In this document: in pieces, positions 47,853 through 48,830 of the stretch
Position numbering within the stretch: position 1 is the first letter of the stretch
How the letters are laid out: the number at the start of each line of letters is the position of its first letter
DNA from: Calcarisporiella thermophila CBS 279.70
Lineage: Eukaryota > Fungi > Calcarisporiellomycota
DNA: 48,830 nucleotides
Reading direction: 5' to 3'
Assembly (NCBI RefSeq): GCF_041956535.1
Contig: NW_027192210.1
Location: 581,196-630,025 of the forward strand
Made by a program: the position numbers and the translations under genes
The notes under the pieces: model-generated
What the model was told of the DNA's origin: nothing
The model's input: the letters and a program-made list of their open reading frames with translations, nothing else
The model's database searches: none

Positions 47853-48221
47853 ATGAAGTTTTCGCTCGTTGCTCTCCTCTCCTTGTTGCTGGTGCTAATT
47901 CAGCAAGCGACTAGTGTATCTGCAAAATGCTCCGGAACCTGTTACGCGCCTCCATTTAAAATGGGACCCAAATGCAAAGGTTCGGCTGGTATTCTCGGCA
48001 GTCCAGGTTGGAAACAAGGATACTCCATCTATGCAAAAAATAGTGGAGGTACCATGGTCTGCTGCCAAGTGAAGGGGTACGTTAAAGGAAAAGAAAAATG
48101 GTATGGGGTTGGATGCGGCTCATCACTCAAAGGAGTTGTTCCTTGGGGGAATGTCGCAGCGATGCCTGAAATAAAGTGCAAAGGCAACCCTACTGGAAGC
48201 TTTGTGACTTTTGATTGCTAA
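47853..48221 (+). CDS. Small secreted Cys/Gly-rich cationic protein, paralog B (122 aa, 8 Cys)
   Basis: Signal peptide MKFSLVALLSLLLVLIQQATSVSA. Shares GSPGWKQGYS, VCCQ, WYGxGCG and VPWGNxAAMP with paralog A. TATAAA at about 47757. Confidence 0.9.
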   Translation: MKFSLVALLSLLLVLIQQATSVSAKCSGTCYAPPFKMGPKCKGSAGILGSPGWKQGYSIYAKNSGGTMVCCQVKGYVKGKEKWYGVGCGSSLKGVVPWGNVAAMPEIKCKGNPTGSFVTFDC

Positions 48222-48830
48222 GGTAGAGGACCAATGTATTAGAAAAGCTTTGAGTAACCTTTAGACAGACAAACGGTTTTTTAAATAATAAGTACTTTTT
48301 ATTTACTAATGTTTAGGAGATTAAGAAATTGACTTAAGCCTATTTAACTTGAAATAGGATTTATAATTATATTATTCCTTTAATAAATCTCAACTAATTT
48401 TTTAAAAATATTCAGATGGGATCTGAATAAGTTCATTAGATCATGGACAACTACAAAAAGATATTAAATTTGAACATGCAAATTTCTATCAAGTAATGTT
48501 GATAAATGTAGCCAATGGAACCGAAGAGAACTTTCAAAGTTTATAGTAAAAGGTTACACGTTCAGTATTCAGATAATAAATGAGCATCTGGTCAAATATT
48601 TTAGTGTCGAATGGTAAAATCTTAAATATACTATTAAAATAATAGTTTGAGCTAATAGAGTCAGCTACTACTAGGACTCTGTACTATACAGTTAAGTCAC
48701 CATTTAGATTCCTAGTGTGACTAAATGTCTTCAAGGTTCATTTTGATATTCTCCAAACATCTTGCCCAAGCTATATATTGTACATCCTAACTGTTTTCTG
48801 CCATGTATCTTCTATTAACAAATAGACTGC

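Noticed and set aside
32477-48221. LanCL plus the 8-Cys secreted proteins as a lanthipeptide cluster
   Set aside because: They are 12 kb apart with unrelated genes between. The small proteins have ER signal peptides and even Cys counts that fit disulfides, and no dehydratase is present.
1-48830. CRISPR arrays, rRNA, tRNA, snRNA and prokaryotic operons
   Set aside because: No regularly spaced direct repeats or recognisable RNA-gene signatures were seen, and the spliceosomal introns show the DNA is eukaryotic. A covariance-model scan would be needed to exclude small RNAs fully.

Overview
Eukaryotic, intron-rich fungal DNA with short GT-AG introns and CTAAY-type branch points. It is probably a non-Dikarya (early-diverging) lineage; that is an inference, not established. 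I reconstructed about 22 protein-coding genes by hand-splicing. From left to right: GST-kappa; a secreted 5'-nucleotidase-type metallophosphoesterase; three tandem intronless class-3 lipases interrupted by probable LINE relics; a Pumilio protein; CLASRP; a FoP/UBM-motif protein; an Apd1/Aim32-type thioredoxin-like ferredoxin fused in-frame to an adrenodoxin/putidaredoxin-type ferredoxin and lying tail-to-tail with COX15; RPS27; a divergent FTR1/FET3 iron-uptake pair; THI6; a small secreted cupredoxin frameshifted at a G9 tract and lacking its Cys ligand; LanCL; a small Cys-cluster membrane protein; a convergent secreted neutral ceramidase + GH5 endoglycoceramidase pair; a type II membrane beta-rich protein; and two paralogous cationic 8-Cys small secreted proteins in an AT-rich end. 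The most notable signals are the double-[2Fe-2S] fusion beside COX15, the candidate two-gene glycosphingolipid-degrading module, the homopolymer-dependent cupredoxin and the unknown secreted protein pair. I recognised no tRNA, rRNA, CRISPR array or riboswitch.
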